DNA from: Treponemataceae bacterium
GTDB lineage: Bacteria > Spirochaetota > Spirochaetia > Treponematales > Rectinemataceae
Length of the DNA stretch: 64,000 nt
Direction of reading: 5' to 3'
NCBI GenBank assembly: GCA_963678065.2
Contig: CAXXVZ010000002.1
Span: 256,001-320,000 of the forward strand
Made by a program: the position numbers and the translations under genes
The notes under the pieces: model-generated
The model's input: only the letters and a program-made list of their open reading frames with translations
Told to the model about the DNA's origin: nothing
The model's database searches: none
Part shown: in pieces, positions 56,253-64,000 of the stretch
Numbering within the stretch: position 1 is the first letter of the stretch
How the letters are laid out: every line of letters starts with the position of its first letter

Positions 56253-57235
56253 GGTTTTGCCCCCTCCGACCTTGCCAGGTGACACGCTACTGAATGCTCA
56301 CTCGACAGATACGAGACGACGGGCGGTTCCTTGCTGCAAATTCCCATTGCATACCTGCAACGCGGGTGGAATCTGCACCCTCGAGGCGGATCGACAGGGC
56401 TCGGAACCTCGCCCTGCAGAATTATTCTCTCTGGTTTTGCGGCAATCTCTATGTTTGGCATCGCCGACAGCAGTGCCTGAGTATACGGGTGGCTTGCACT
56501 TGAGTAGAGTTTATCGGCCCGGGCCATTTCGATGATCTGACCGAGATACATTACCGCAATCCGATCGGACATGAATTTTACGACAGACAGGTTGTGAGAG
56601 ATGAAAATATACGTCAATTGAAATTCAGCCTGGATGTCTTTGAGCAGATTCAGAATCTGCGCCTGAATAGACACGTCGAGCGCGGAAACCGGCTCATCGC
56701 AAACGATAAGTTTCGGATTCATCGCTATCGCGCGAGCTATTCCTATACGCTGTCGCTGCCCTCCGGAGAACTCGTGCGGGTACCTGTGCACATAATCCTT
56801 GCTCAATCCGACGAGATCCATAAGACGAAGCACTTCACGCTCCAGGCCGGCTTCAGGCCGGATCCCATGAACCCTGAACGGATCGGCGATTATATCCATG
56901 ACAGTTTGACGAGGATTCAGTGAATCGAATGGCTTCTGGAATACCATGCGCATCTGGGCACGCTGTTCGCGCAGTTTATGGCCTTTCAGTATCCGTAAAT
57001 CGCGGTTTTCAAACAGGATTTCGCCTTCGTCGGGCTCGATGAGTCTGAGCACGATTCTGGCCAGCGTGCTTTTGCCGCAACCGGATTCTCCGACCAATCC
57101 GAATGTCTCGCCTTTCATCACTGAAAATCCGACTCCATCTATGGCATGAACGAAAGCCCTGGATGAGCCGAAGAGCCCTCTTCGCACCGGGAAGTATTTT
57201 TTCAGGCTTCGTGTTTCCAGAAGGACTTCAGCCAA
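56249..57235 (-). CDS. Opp/Dpp-family ATP-binding protein (F-type)
   Basis: [43 protein letters not shown]. Confidence 0.94.
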   Translation of the reverse strand: MAEVLLETRSLKKYFPVRRGLFGSSRAFVHAIDGVGFSVMKGETFGLVGESGCGKSTLARIVLRLIEPDEGEILFENRDLRILKGHKLREQRAQMRMVFQKPFDSLNPRQTVMDIIADPFRVHGIRPEAGLEREVLRLMDLVGLSKDYVHRYPHEFSGGQRQRIGIARAIAMNPKLIVCDEPVSALDVSIQAQILNLLKDIQAEFQLTYIFISHNLSVVKFMSDRIAVMYLGQIIEMARADKLYSSASHPYTQALLSAMPNIEIAAKPERIILQGEVPSPVDPPRGCRFHPRCRYAMGICSKEPPVVSYLSSEHSVACHLARSEGAKP

Positions 57236-58229
57236 TTCGGGCCCCCTCTTTTATTACCGAAGCCGCTTTCCAGCATTTGACCCGATGCCCGCCGGCAAAC
57301 TCGACCATGGCGGGTTCGGTCTCGAAGCAGACATGGTCCGCCATATGACAACGAGTGCAGAACCTGCAACCTTTGGGCATGGATTTGATATCCGGAACCG
57401 TTCCGACGATACTGTGCAAGCGTGATTCATTCGCATCGATTTTCGGTATCGAGTGCATGAGACCAATCGTATAGGGATGGATGGCGTTTTTAAAAATTGT
57501 CTTTGCAGGCGCCTCCTCCATCAGTTTTCCCGCGTACATCACAAGGATCCTGTCGGCTATCTCCGCGACGACGCCCAGGTCGTGCGTGATTATCACTATG
57601 CCCATTCCATATTCGTCGCGGATATTTCGCAGGAGATCGAGTATCTGTGCCTGCACCGTGACATCGAGAGCCGTAGTCGGTTCGTCAGCGATAAGAAGCT
57701 TGGGGTTGCATGCCAGGGCTATCGCGATCATCACACGCTGGCACATGCCGCCCGAGAGTTCGAACGGATATGAATTGAATACGCGCTCCGGGCTCGCAAT
57801 CCCGACCGATCGAAGAAGATTCAGCGCGCGTTCCCTGGCAATTCGGTTACCAATTCTTTCGTGAACCTGTATTGCCTCTACAATTTGATAGCCAGCCGTG
57901 AACAGCTGATCGAGAGACATCATAGGATCCTGGAAGATCATCGAAATGTCTTTCCCGCGAAGGCTGTACATCTCCTGTTCGTTGAGTGCCAGCACATCGC
58001 GGCCTTCGAACCGGATCGAACTCCCAGGCACAATGCGAGCCTGATTCGGCAATAACCGTATGATCGACAATGATGCCATCGTCTTTCCGCTGCCGCTTTC
58101 GCCGACAATCCCCACTGTCTCGCCCCGGTCGACTTCAAAGCTGAGGCCCTCGACGGCAGAAAATGACTGATGCTTCTTGCCGAACGCCATAGTGAGGTTT
58201 TCGACCGAGAGCAGCGGGGATGCATGCAT
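57228..58229 (-). CDS. Opp/Dpp-family ATP-binding protein (D-type)
   Basis: [39 protein letters not shown]; start 58229 (ATG) or 58232 (GTG). Confidence 0.94.
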   Translation of the reverse strand: MHASPLLSVENLTMAFGKKHQSFSAVEGLSFEVDRGETVGIVGESGSGKTMASLSIIRLLPNQARIVPGSSIRFEGRDVLALNEQEMYSLRGKDISMIFQDPMMSLDQLFTAGYQIVEAIQVHERIGNRIARERALNLLRSVGIASPERVFNSYPFELSGGMCQRVMIAIALACNPKLLIADEPTTALDVTVQAQILDLLRNIRDEYGMGIVIITHDLGVVAEIADRILVMYAGKLMEEAPAKTIFKNAIHPYTIGLMHSIPKIDANESRLHSIVGTVPDIKSMPKGCRFCTRCHMADHVCFETEPAMVEFAGGHRVKCWKAASVIKEGARIG

Positions 58230-59980
58230 CACCGAACTCTCTCCCTGAGCCTCGCGGTTTCCGGTTTGTTGACAATCAATGAATCATCAGCACCTTCCAG
58301 AACCACGCCATACGACTCAGTCGCTTTTTCTCTGGACACTTTCCCGTCAATGACATCGGACAGCACGGCTTCAGCCGATCGTTCGAATGGAATGCCATAT
58401 CCGCCCGATCCTGGCGTCAGGACACTCACGATGTCCCCTTTGTTGAGGAGTATGTCAGTGCATTTTGAAGGGAGACGATCTACCGATCCGCTCACGCGAC
58501 GCAGCGTGTACTGCCCACCATAGCCGCATTCCCCGCCATCGAGACCCCAAGGAGGAATAATCTGCCTGTCACCCAAACCGGTATAGGAGACTTTGTCCAT
58601 AAGGGCCTCGAAATCGCGCTGGATGCCAAGTCCGCCGCGATACTTTCCCGGGCCGCCGCTATCGGGGCGAAGTGCGTATTGTCTGATGAGCACCAAGGGG
58701 AATTCCATTTCCAACGCTTCTATCGGAAGATTCGAAGTGTTCGTCATATGGACCTGAACGCCGCTCAAACCGTCTTTGTGCCTGCTCGCGCCGGAGCCGC
58801 CCGCGATCGTCTCTAGGTATACGTAGAAGCGATCTTTGTCGTGAGGATCGGAGGCGCTGAAGATGGCCGATGTCACCGAACTGTTGCAGCATGCGATGGC
58901 GCGTTCCGGCACCGCTGGAGCCAGTGCTCCGAATATCACATCTGCCACACGCTGGCATGTATCGATCCTTTCTCCTACCGGAGCCGGATTTTGCGCATTG
59001 ATGATGAGTCCCGGCTCGGCAATCACATTGAATGCGCGGTAGATGCCGGCATTGGAAGGTATGTCCGGATCGATCAGCGCCTTCAAGGAATAGAACACAG
59101 TAGCCAGGAGACCATTATAGGTTACGTTGATCGGACCAGGTACCTGACGATGCGTACCGGCGAAGTTGAGTTCCATCGTATCGTCGAGGATGGTGATCTT
59201 TACGGAGATGGGGATGGGATCAGGACAGGCCGCGCCCGCGTCGTCCATATAATCGACGAATACATACTCGCCCTTTTTGATCTTCGAGATACCGGCGCGA
59301 AGCCTCCGCTCCGCATAATCCTGCAGCTCGTACATGCTGTCGATCAGGGTCGATCCGTAACGCCGGTATGCTTCGGCGAGGCGCCTGAGTCCCACGCGGT
59401 TGGACGCGATCTGCGCTTGAAGATCCCCGAAACGCTCCTTCGGAAGACGGCTGTTGACCATGAGAAAACCAAGAATGTCCTCATTCAACTCGCCTTTTTC
59501 GCATATGCGAACGAGAGGAATCTTGATTCCTTCCTGATAGATGCTGACAGCATCGCCGGACGTCGACCCCGGGACTTTTCCTCCGACATCGCTGTGATGT
59601 GCGAGATTGGCGACCCATCCTATAAGTTCATCGCCGTCAAATGCCGGCGCCACGACAGTGATGTCGGGCAAATGCGTTCCGCCGCCGTTGTAGGGATCGT
59701 TTCCCATGAACATATCGCCAGGTTTTATTGCCTGGAGAGGATGTTTCTTGTAGACTTCCTTGACTATTCCAAGCAGGGAACCGAGATGCATCGCCACATG
59801 CTCTGCCTGGGAGACCATATTCCCTTCGGGATCAAATATCGCCGTGGAGATATCGCGACGTTCTTTTATATTGGTCGAGTAGGCACTCTTTATGAGCGCG
59901 ACACCCATCTCTTCGGCTACTGAAAGCAGCAAATTGCCGATGATCTCGACGGTTACGGCATCGATCTTTCCTTTCGTCAT
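58229..59980 (-). CDS. hyuB: Hydantoinase B / 5-oxoprolinase-type subunit
   Basis: AEEMG...YSTNIKERRD, HVAMHLGS, NDPYNGGGTHLPD, HHSDVGG, HMTNTSN, DSGGPGKYRGG, TPGSGGYG. Confidence 0.92.
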   Translation of the reverse strand: MTKGKIDAVTVEIIGNLLLSVAEEMGVALIKSAYSTNIKERRDISTAIFDPEGNMVSQAEHVAMHLGSLLGIVKEVYKKHPLQAIKPGDMFMGNDPYNGGGTHLPDITVVAPAFDGDELIGWVANLAHHSDVGGKVPGSTSGDAVSIYQEGIKIPLVRICEKGELNEDILGFLMVNSRLPKERFGDLQAQIASNRVGLRRLAEAYRRYGSTLIDSMYELQDYAERRLRAGISKIKKGEYVFVDYMDDAGAACPDPIPISVKITILDDTMELNFAGTHRQVPGPINVTYNGLLATVFYSLKALIDPDIPSNAGIYRAFNVIAEPGLIINAQNPAPVGERIDTCQRVADVIFGALAPAVPERAIACCNSSVTSAIFSASDPHDKDRFYVYLETIAGGSGASRHKDGLSGVQVHMTNTSNLPIEALEMEFPLVLIRQYALRPDSGGPGKYRGGLGIQRDFEALMDKVSYTGLGDRQIIPPWGLDGGECGYGGQYTLRRVSGSVDRLPSKCTDILLNKGDIVSVLTPGSGGYGIPFERSAEAVLSDVIDGKVSREKATESYGVVLEGADDSLIVNKPETARLRERVR

Positions 59981-62040
59981 TTCCTGCCTCCAACGTTAGA
60001 GACGATCAAGTTATCGAATCCGTCCGTATATGCCTTCCAGCCGGGAGGAATGACGGACGTCGAGTCCATCTGCTCGATGATTGCCGGCCCTTCTATCGTG
60101 CAACCCGGCTCGATATCTTCCCTTTGATACACCACGGTAGGCCGATATGCTTTCTCGCCTTCGAAGCGAACATTTCGTGTTTCCAGCGGCTTGGGTGGCA
60201 GCGCATCGGGCCGGATCGAGCGGGCGGCAAGTTCCGGTTTCACGATGATGCCGATGGCGCTCAGGCGATAATTCACCATCTGCACGCGCATATTCTTGTT
60301 ATGGTAGCCGTATGAACGGTTGTGTTCGTCGTGGAATTTCCCGATCATCGCGGCCATCGCCGATTCATCGAAATCCCTGTCTACATCGATTGCTATCTCA
60401 TAGTTTTGCCGTTCATAGCGGCACTCAACGGCACAGGTGTAGCGCCTGTCTTTCCGTTTGACGTTCTGCTTGTCGAGCATCGCGTCGCCTTCTTCGAGAA
60501 GACTTGCGATAATGGCCTTGACCTTGCCAAGATTTTCCCGATTGGCGATCAGGACGTTGGAACGGCTTACGTCGAACTTCGTATCGGCCATGAGCAGACC
60601 GAGCGAACAGAGTGTACCCGGAGCCGGAGGAATGAGAACCTTGGAGATGCCCATCTCTTCGGCAACCTCGCACGCATGGAGCGGGCCGGCTCCTCCGAAC
60701 GCCATAAGCGTAAATTCCCGCACATCGTAGCCGCGCTCGACAGAGACCATACGGATAGCGCGTATCATGTTCGAGTTTACGACCGATACCACACCTGCCG
60801 CGGCGTCCTGAATGCTCAATGCCGACTTGCTGCAGATCCTCGTTTCCAATGCTTTCTCCGCAAGCTGTATATCGACATCCATACGGCCGCCGAGAATCTT
60901 TGTCCTGTTGAGCTTGCCAAGCACGATATTTGCGTCCGATACGGTAGGTTCTACGCCACCGCGCATGTAGCATGCCGGCCCTGGCGTGGCGCCCGCGCTC
61001 CGTGGTCCGACCTTCAAGGCTCCGCCATCATCGATGGATGCAATAGATCCGCCGCCCGCGCCGACTGTGATGACATCCAGCATCGGTATGCGGGCTGGAT
61101 AGCCCTCAACCAGGCGCTCATTCGAAACCTGCATTTTGCCGTTCTCGATGAGGCTGATATCGGCACTCGTGCCACCCATATCGAATGATATCACTTTGTC
61201 CATCCCGCACCGGCTTCCGATATATGCCGCGCCTACGACGCCGGCGCTTGGACCGGAAACTGCCGTTTTGATCGGACAATCGACTGTCTCGCCGATCGAT
61301 ATGACCGATCCGTTCGATTGCGTCACATATGGAGCTACGCTGATTCCCGCTTTTTTGATTGATTGCTCGAAATTATGGACATACTTTGCCATCACAGGGC
61401 CAAGATAGGCATTCAACACTGTTGTACTCATCCTGGAGTACTCGCGGAATTCAGGCACCAGCGCGCTAGAGATTGTCACATACGCTTCCGGAAATTCCTT
61501 GTCGATGATGCTTTTTATTTTTTTCTCGTGATCGGGGTTTATGAATGAGAAAAGCGTGCACACGGCTATTGCTTCCGCCCCGCGCTTTTTCAAGTGAGAG
61601 ACAGCTTTCAGGACACTTTCATCATCCAGGGGCTCTCGCACGGAACCGTCGCAAAGAATGCGCTCATCGACTTCGCATTTGAGGTCGGCCGCGACCAGGC
61701 TTTCCGGCTTATCCTTGAGCAGATCGTATAATGAAGGCCGTTTTTGCCAGCCTATCTCCATGAGGTCTTTGAAACCTCTCGTGGTGACCAGCCCGAGCCT
61801 TGCTCCTTTTTTTTCTATCAAAGCGTTTGTAGCGACGGTAGTGCCATGTGCCAGGTATTCAACATCGAGCGGATCTATTTTCTCTTCTTCGAGAATGTGC
61901 AGTATTCCGCTGACGATCGATTTGGAAGGATCCTGTGGCGTCGAACTCTGCTTATAGTTGAACAATCGTCCTGTTTTGGTATTGAACACAGAGAAATCCG
62001 TGAAAGTACCACCCACATCGACACCAATCATAAAACCCAT
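59977..62040 (-). CDS. hyuA: Hydantoinase A / 5-oxoprolinase-type ATP-binding subunit
   Basis: GVDVGGTFTD, HGTTVATNA, REYSRMSTTVLNAY, SGPSAGV, DMGGTSAD, GAGGGSIA, GPRSAGATPGPACY, FGGAGPLHA. Confidence 0.92.
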   Translation of the reverse strand: MGFMIGVDVGGTFTDFSVFNTKTGRLFNYKQSSTPQDPSKSIVSGILHILEEEKIDPLDVEYLAHGTTVATNALIEKKGARLGLVTTRGFKDLMEIGWQKRPSLYDLLKDKPESLVAADLKCEVDERILCDGSVREPLDDESVLKAVSHLKKRGAEAIAVCTLFSFINPDHEKKIKSIIDKEFPEAYVTISSALVPEFREYSRMSTTVLNAYLGPVMAKYVHNFEQSIKKAGISVAPYVTQSNGSVISIGETVDCPIKTAVSGPSAGVVGAAYIGSRCGMDKVISFDMGGTSADISLIENGKMQVSNERLVEGYPARIPMLDVITVGAGGGSIASIDDGGALKVGPRSAGATPGPACYMRGGVEPTVSDANIVLGKLNRTKILGGRMDVDIQLAEKALETRICSKSALSIQDAAAGVVSVVNSNMIRAIRMVSVERGYDVREFTLMAFGGAGPLHACEVAEEMGISKVLIPPAPGTLCSLGLLMADTKFDVSRSNVLIANRENLGKVKAIIASLLEEGDAMLDKQNVKRKDRRYTCAVECRYERQNYEIAIDVDRDFDESAMAAMIGKFHDEHNRSYGYHNKNMRVQMVNYRLSAIGIIVKPELAARSIRPDALPPKPLETRNVRFEGEKAYRPTVVYQREDIEPGCTIEGPAIIEQMDSTSVIPPGWKAYTDGFDNLIVSNVGGRK

Positions 62041-62109
62041 CTGACTACCCCTTCAATCCGAACAAGGTCTGCTTCAATGGCCTGCGTATAGTGACATTCG
62101 CCACCAACG

Positions 62110-62991
62110 CTATGTGTGATCCGAACCGAAACGCGTGCCATAGCCGAATGCGCCGTGCTCCATACAGGTTTTTGCGGCCATTGCCGCGCCGTTTTCAAGC
62201 GATTCCCTCACCAAGCGGTTATATTTCTCTGAGCCAGTTTCCAGTTCGCCAGCGAAAGCCTTTTTGCCTCTCATGAGGGAGACGAGAAATCCCGCAGCGA
62301 ATGAATCTCCCGCGCCTAGCGTATCCACCGCTTTGACCTGATACGCTTCCTGCCGGAAAATCGCATGCCCATCGAATAACAATGAGCCGCGCTGCCCCAT
62401 TGTAGCGATTATTATTCCGCAGCCCTCACGGTGCAGCCTTCTGCACGCGTCGATCACATGGTCGGCGGCAACATCGCCGCATGAAATGAATCCAAACGAC
62501 ACGTTCGGGGATACTTCTCTGCTTCGAGCGGGGTCTTTCCATGAATTGGAAAAGTCGTAAGAGACAGGAACCTTCAACGATGCAACCAGCCCCAACTGAG
62601 TGTCGAAATGGCCATTGTTGCTCGTATGCACGAGATCGAAATTCTTTATATATGCACAGTCAGCGGAAGTCAGACGGATGGGGTGATCTTTCGCGACGCC
62701 GCCTTTGTTGCTTTGTACAAATATGCGCTCACCATCGACAATATCGACCATCGCGTAGCCGTTCTCACCTTCGTAGTGCCTGCAGTGTGAGCGATCTATT
62801 TCGATAGCATCAAGCACCGAGAGTACGTGCGCCGCGATTTCATCGGTACCGAACACGCCCATATAGGCAGCCGGAACGCCCAATTGCTTTGCGAATACCG
62901 CAACATTGAGCGCCTGCCCGCCAGGATACATGTATCCCGAATTCAAGTACTTATCGCAGACGTTGTCTCCGATACCGATTACGCCAAGCAA
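62110..62991 (-). CDS. frlD: PfkB-family fructosamine kinase (FrlD-like)
   Basis: IGDNVCDKY...YPGGQALNVAV, GENGYA, DGERIF...SNKGG, SYDFS, VDTLGAGDSFAAGF. Confidence 0.88.
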   Translation of the reverse strand: MLGVIGIGDNVCDKYLNSGYMYPGGQALNVAVFAKQLGVPAAYMGVFGTDEIAAHVLSVLDAIEIDRSHCRHYEGENGYAMVDIVDGERIFVQSNKGGVAKDHPIRLTSADCAYIKNFDLVHTSNNGHFDTQLGLVASLKVPVSYDFSNSWKDPARSREVSPNVSFGFISCGDVAADHVIDACRRLHREGCGIIIATMGQRGSLLFDGHAIFRQEAYQVKAVDTLGAGDSFAAGFLVSLMRGKKAFAGELETGSEKYNRLVRESLENGAAMAAKTCMEHGAFGYGTRFGSDHT

Positions 62992-63035
62992 AGTGCCCCC
63001 TGACGAATAAACGAGCCGTATTCACATTCATCACA

Positions 63036-63087
63036 GTCGTCTTATGACTGTATAAGTTATCATAGAACGTATTATTCCAGTTGTCAA
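63036..63087 (-). promoter_or_regulatory. sigma70 promoter of the frlD operon with two 13-bp operator boxes
   Basis: Minus strand TTGACA(63087-82)-17 nt-TATGAT(63064-59); boxes GTCGTCTTATGAC (63036-48) and GTTATCATAGAAC (63056-68). Confidence 0.75.
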
Positions 63088-63112
63088 TCTTTTTTTTGCT
63101 CAGATTGATAGG

Positions 63113-63835
63113 CTAAAACACAAACTTATACCTGTCTCCCCGTATGAATTGGAGAGAGAGATGCACCGGACGGCTGGCGTCGTCGTATACGATCCCTTTG
63201 AGCCTGAAAAGAGGGGAGTTTGGCCGAATGTTCAGTTGAGATGCGATGGCGAAAGTAGCCAGCGATAGCTCAAGAGTCTTTTTGGCGCTGGAAAGCCTGA
63301 CCCCATGCTCCTTGAGCACCTCGTAAAGAGATTTAGTCTCCAAGTCAGACTGCATGAGATACGAGAAAGGTTTATAAGAGAAATAATTATTCTCAAGAAG
63401 AAGCAGATCGCCATCCGCGTACCGAAGACGCTGGATATGAATCACGTGATCGCCTGGTTCAATGAGCAGCTCTCGGCGTTCGCTTTCGTCTGGTTCCCTG
63501 ATCTCGCGTTTTATGACCTTGCTTCCAGGCCGCATCCCATTGTATGCGCATGCGGTCGAGAAACTGACGAATTCGATTATCTTTCGCTCCAGTTTCGGTT
63601 TTTCGACAAATGTTCCTTTGCCCTGGTGCTTTTCGAGCACCCCTTCCTTAACCAGCTCGGTGATGGCTTTCCGAACGGTGATGCGGCTTATTTTGTACTT
63701 TTCACTCAACTCGCTTTCAGATGGAATACAGGTACCATACCCGTATTCACCGGATTCAACTGCTGCGGCCAAGACTTCCTTCAGCTGTTGATAGAGTGGA
63801 GTCACGATGTTTTGATCAAGAATTTGCTGAGGCAT
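63113..63835 (-). CDS. GntR/HutC-family regulator with UTRA domain (FrlR-like)
   Basis: PLYQQL, IPSESELSEKYKISRITVRKAITELVKEG...QGKGTFV; UTRA RLRYADG, SLYEVL, RGDRYKF. Confidence 0.93.
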   Translation of the reverse strand: MPQQILDQNIVTPLYQQLKEVLAAAVESGEYGYGTCIPSESELSEKYKISRITVRKAITELVKEGVLEKHQGKGTFVEKPKLERKIIEFVSFSTACAYNGMRPGSKVIKREIREPDESERRELLIEPGDHVIHIQRLRYADGDLLLLENNYFSYKPFSYLMQSDLETKSLYEVLKEHGVRLSSAKKTLELSLATFAIASQLNIRPNSPLFRLKGIVYDDASRPVHLSLQFIRGDRYKFVF

Positions 63836-63855
63836 TCATATCTCCTGCCTGGAAT

Positions 63856-63897
63856 GTTATAATATGTCATAATACGATGCGATCGGCATTTTGCCAA
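63856..63897 (-). promoter_or_regulatory. sigma70 promoter of the GntR gene with two overlapping operator boxes
   Basis: Minus strand TTGGCA(63897-92)-17 nt-TATTAT(63874-69); boxes GTTATAATATGTC (63856-68) and GTCATAATACGAT (63866-78). Confidence 0.7.
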
Positions 63898-64000
63898 GCA
63901 TAATAGTATTCCTTAATGACCACTAGATGCTGGACACGGAAGGCGCTCCGCCTGACGAATATCTGTCAAACTGCGATCGCTCGAGCCTTAAAAACGCGCT

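Overview
Bacterial chromosomal window, GC-rich (by eye about 62-66% over 3-51 kb and clearly lower from about 51.1 kb to the end). It is almost entirely metabolic and transport genes. The signal-peptide style and ABC-transporter density are compatible with a saccharolytic spirochaete, which is a weak inference. In order: the tail of a monosaccharide ABC operon; a LacI gene followed by oppABCDF and a serine hydrolase; a complete trpE-trpGD-trpC-trpF-trpB-trpA operon with a perfect 18-bp operator-like palindrome; an Lrp/AsnC-DUF917-hydantoinase A-NCS1 permease cluster; an orphan sugar-binding protein plus histidine kinase pair; a candidate MarR regulon defined by a shared 38-bp operator (GHL6/GH151-like glycosidase, then marR, alpha/beta hydrolase, Liv-type ABC, GldA/HcxA-like dehydrogenase, GH78); a leaderless M19 dipeptidase with a Rid-like N-terminus; and a YesMN-sugar ABC-GH88 locus with a divergent, non-canonical GH42-like protein. 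The best candidate for an undescribed system is the lower-GC 12.5-kb block at the end. It couples fructosamine kinase and deglycase (FrlD/FrlB-like) with a two-subunit ATP-dependent lactamase (HyuA/HyuB), an Opp-type importer, an RbsD-like pyranase and an autoregulated GntR. It is plausibly a pathway for a cyclised Amadori compound such as fructosyl-pyroglutamate. No rRNA, tRNA, CRISPR array, transposase, integrase or phage gene was recognised. All family calls come from motifs read by eye; no database search was run.
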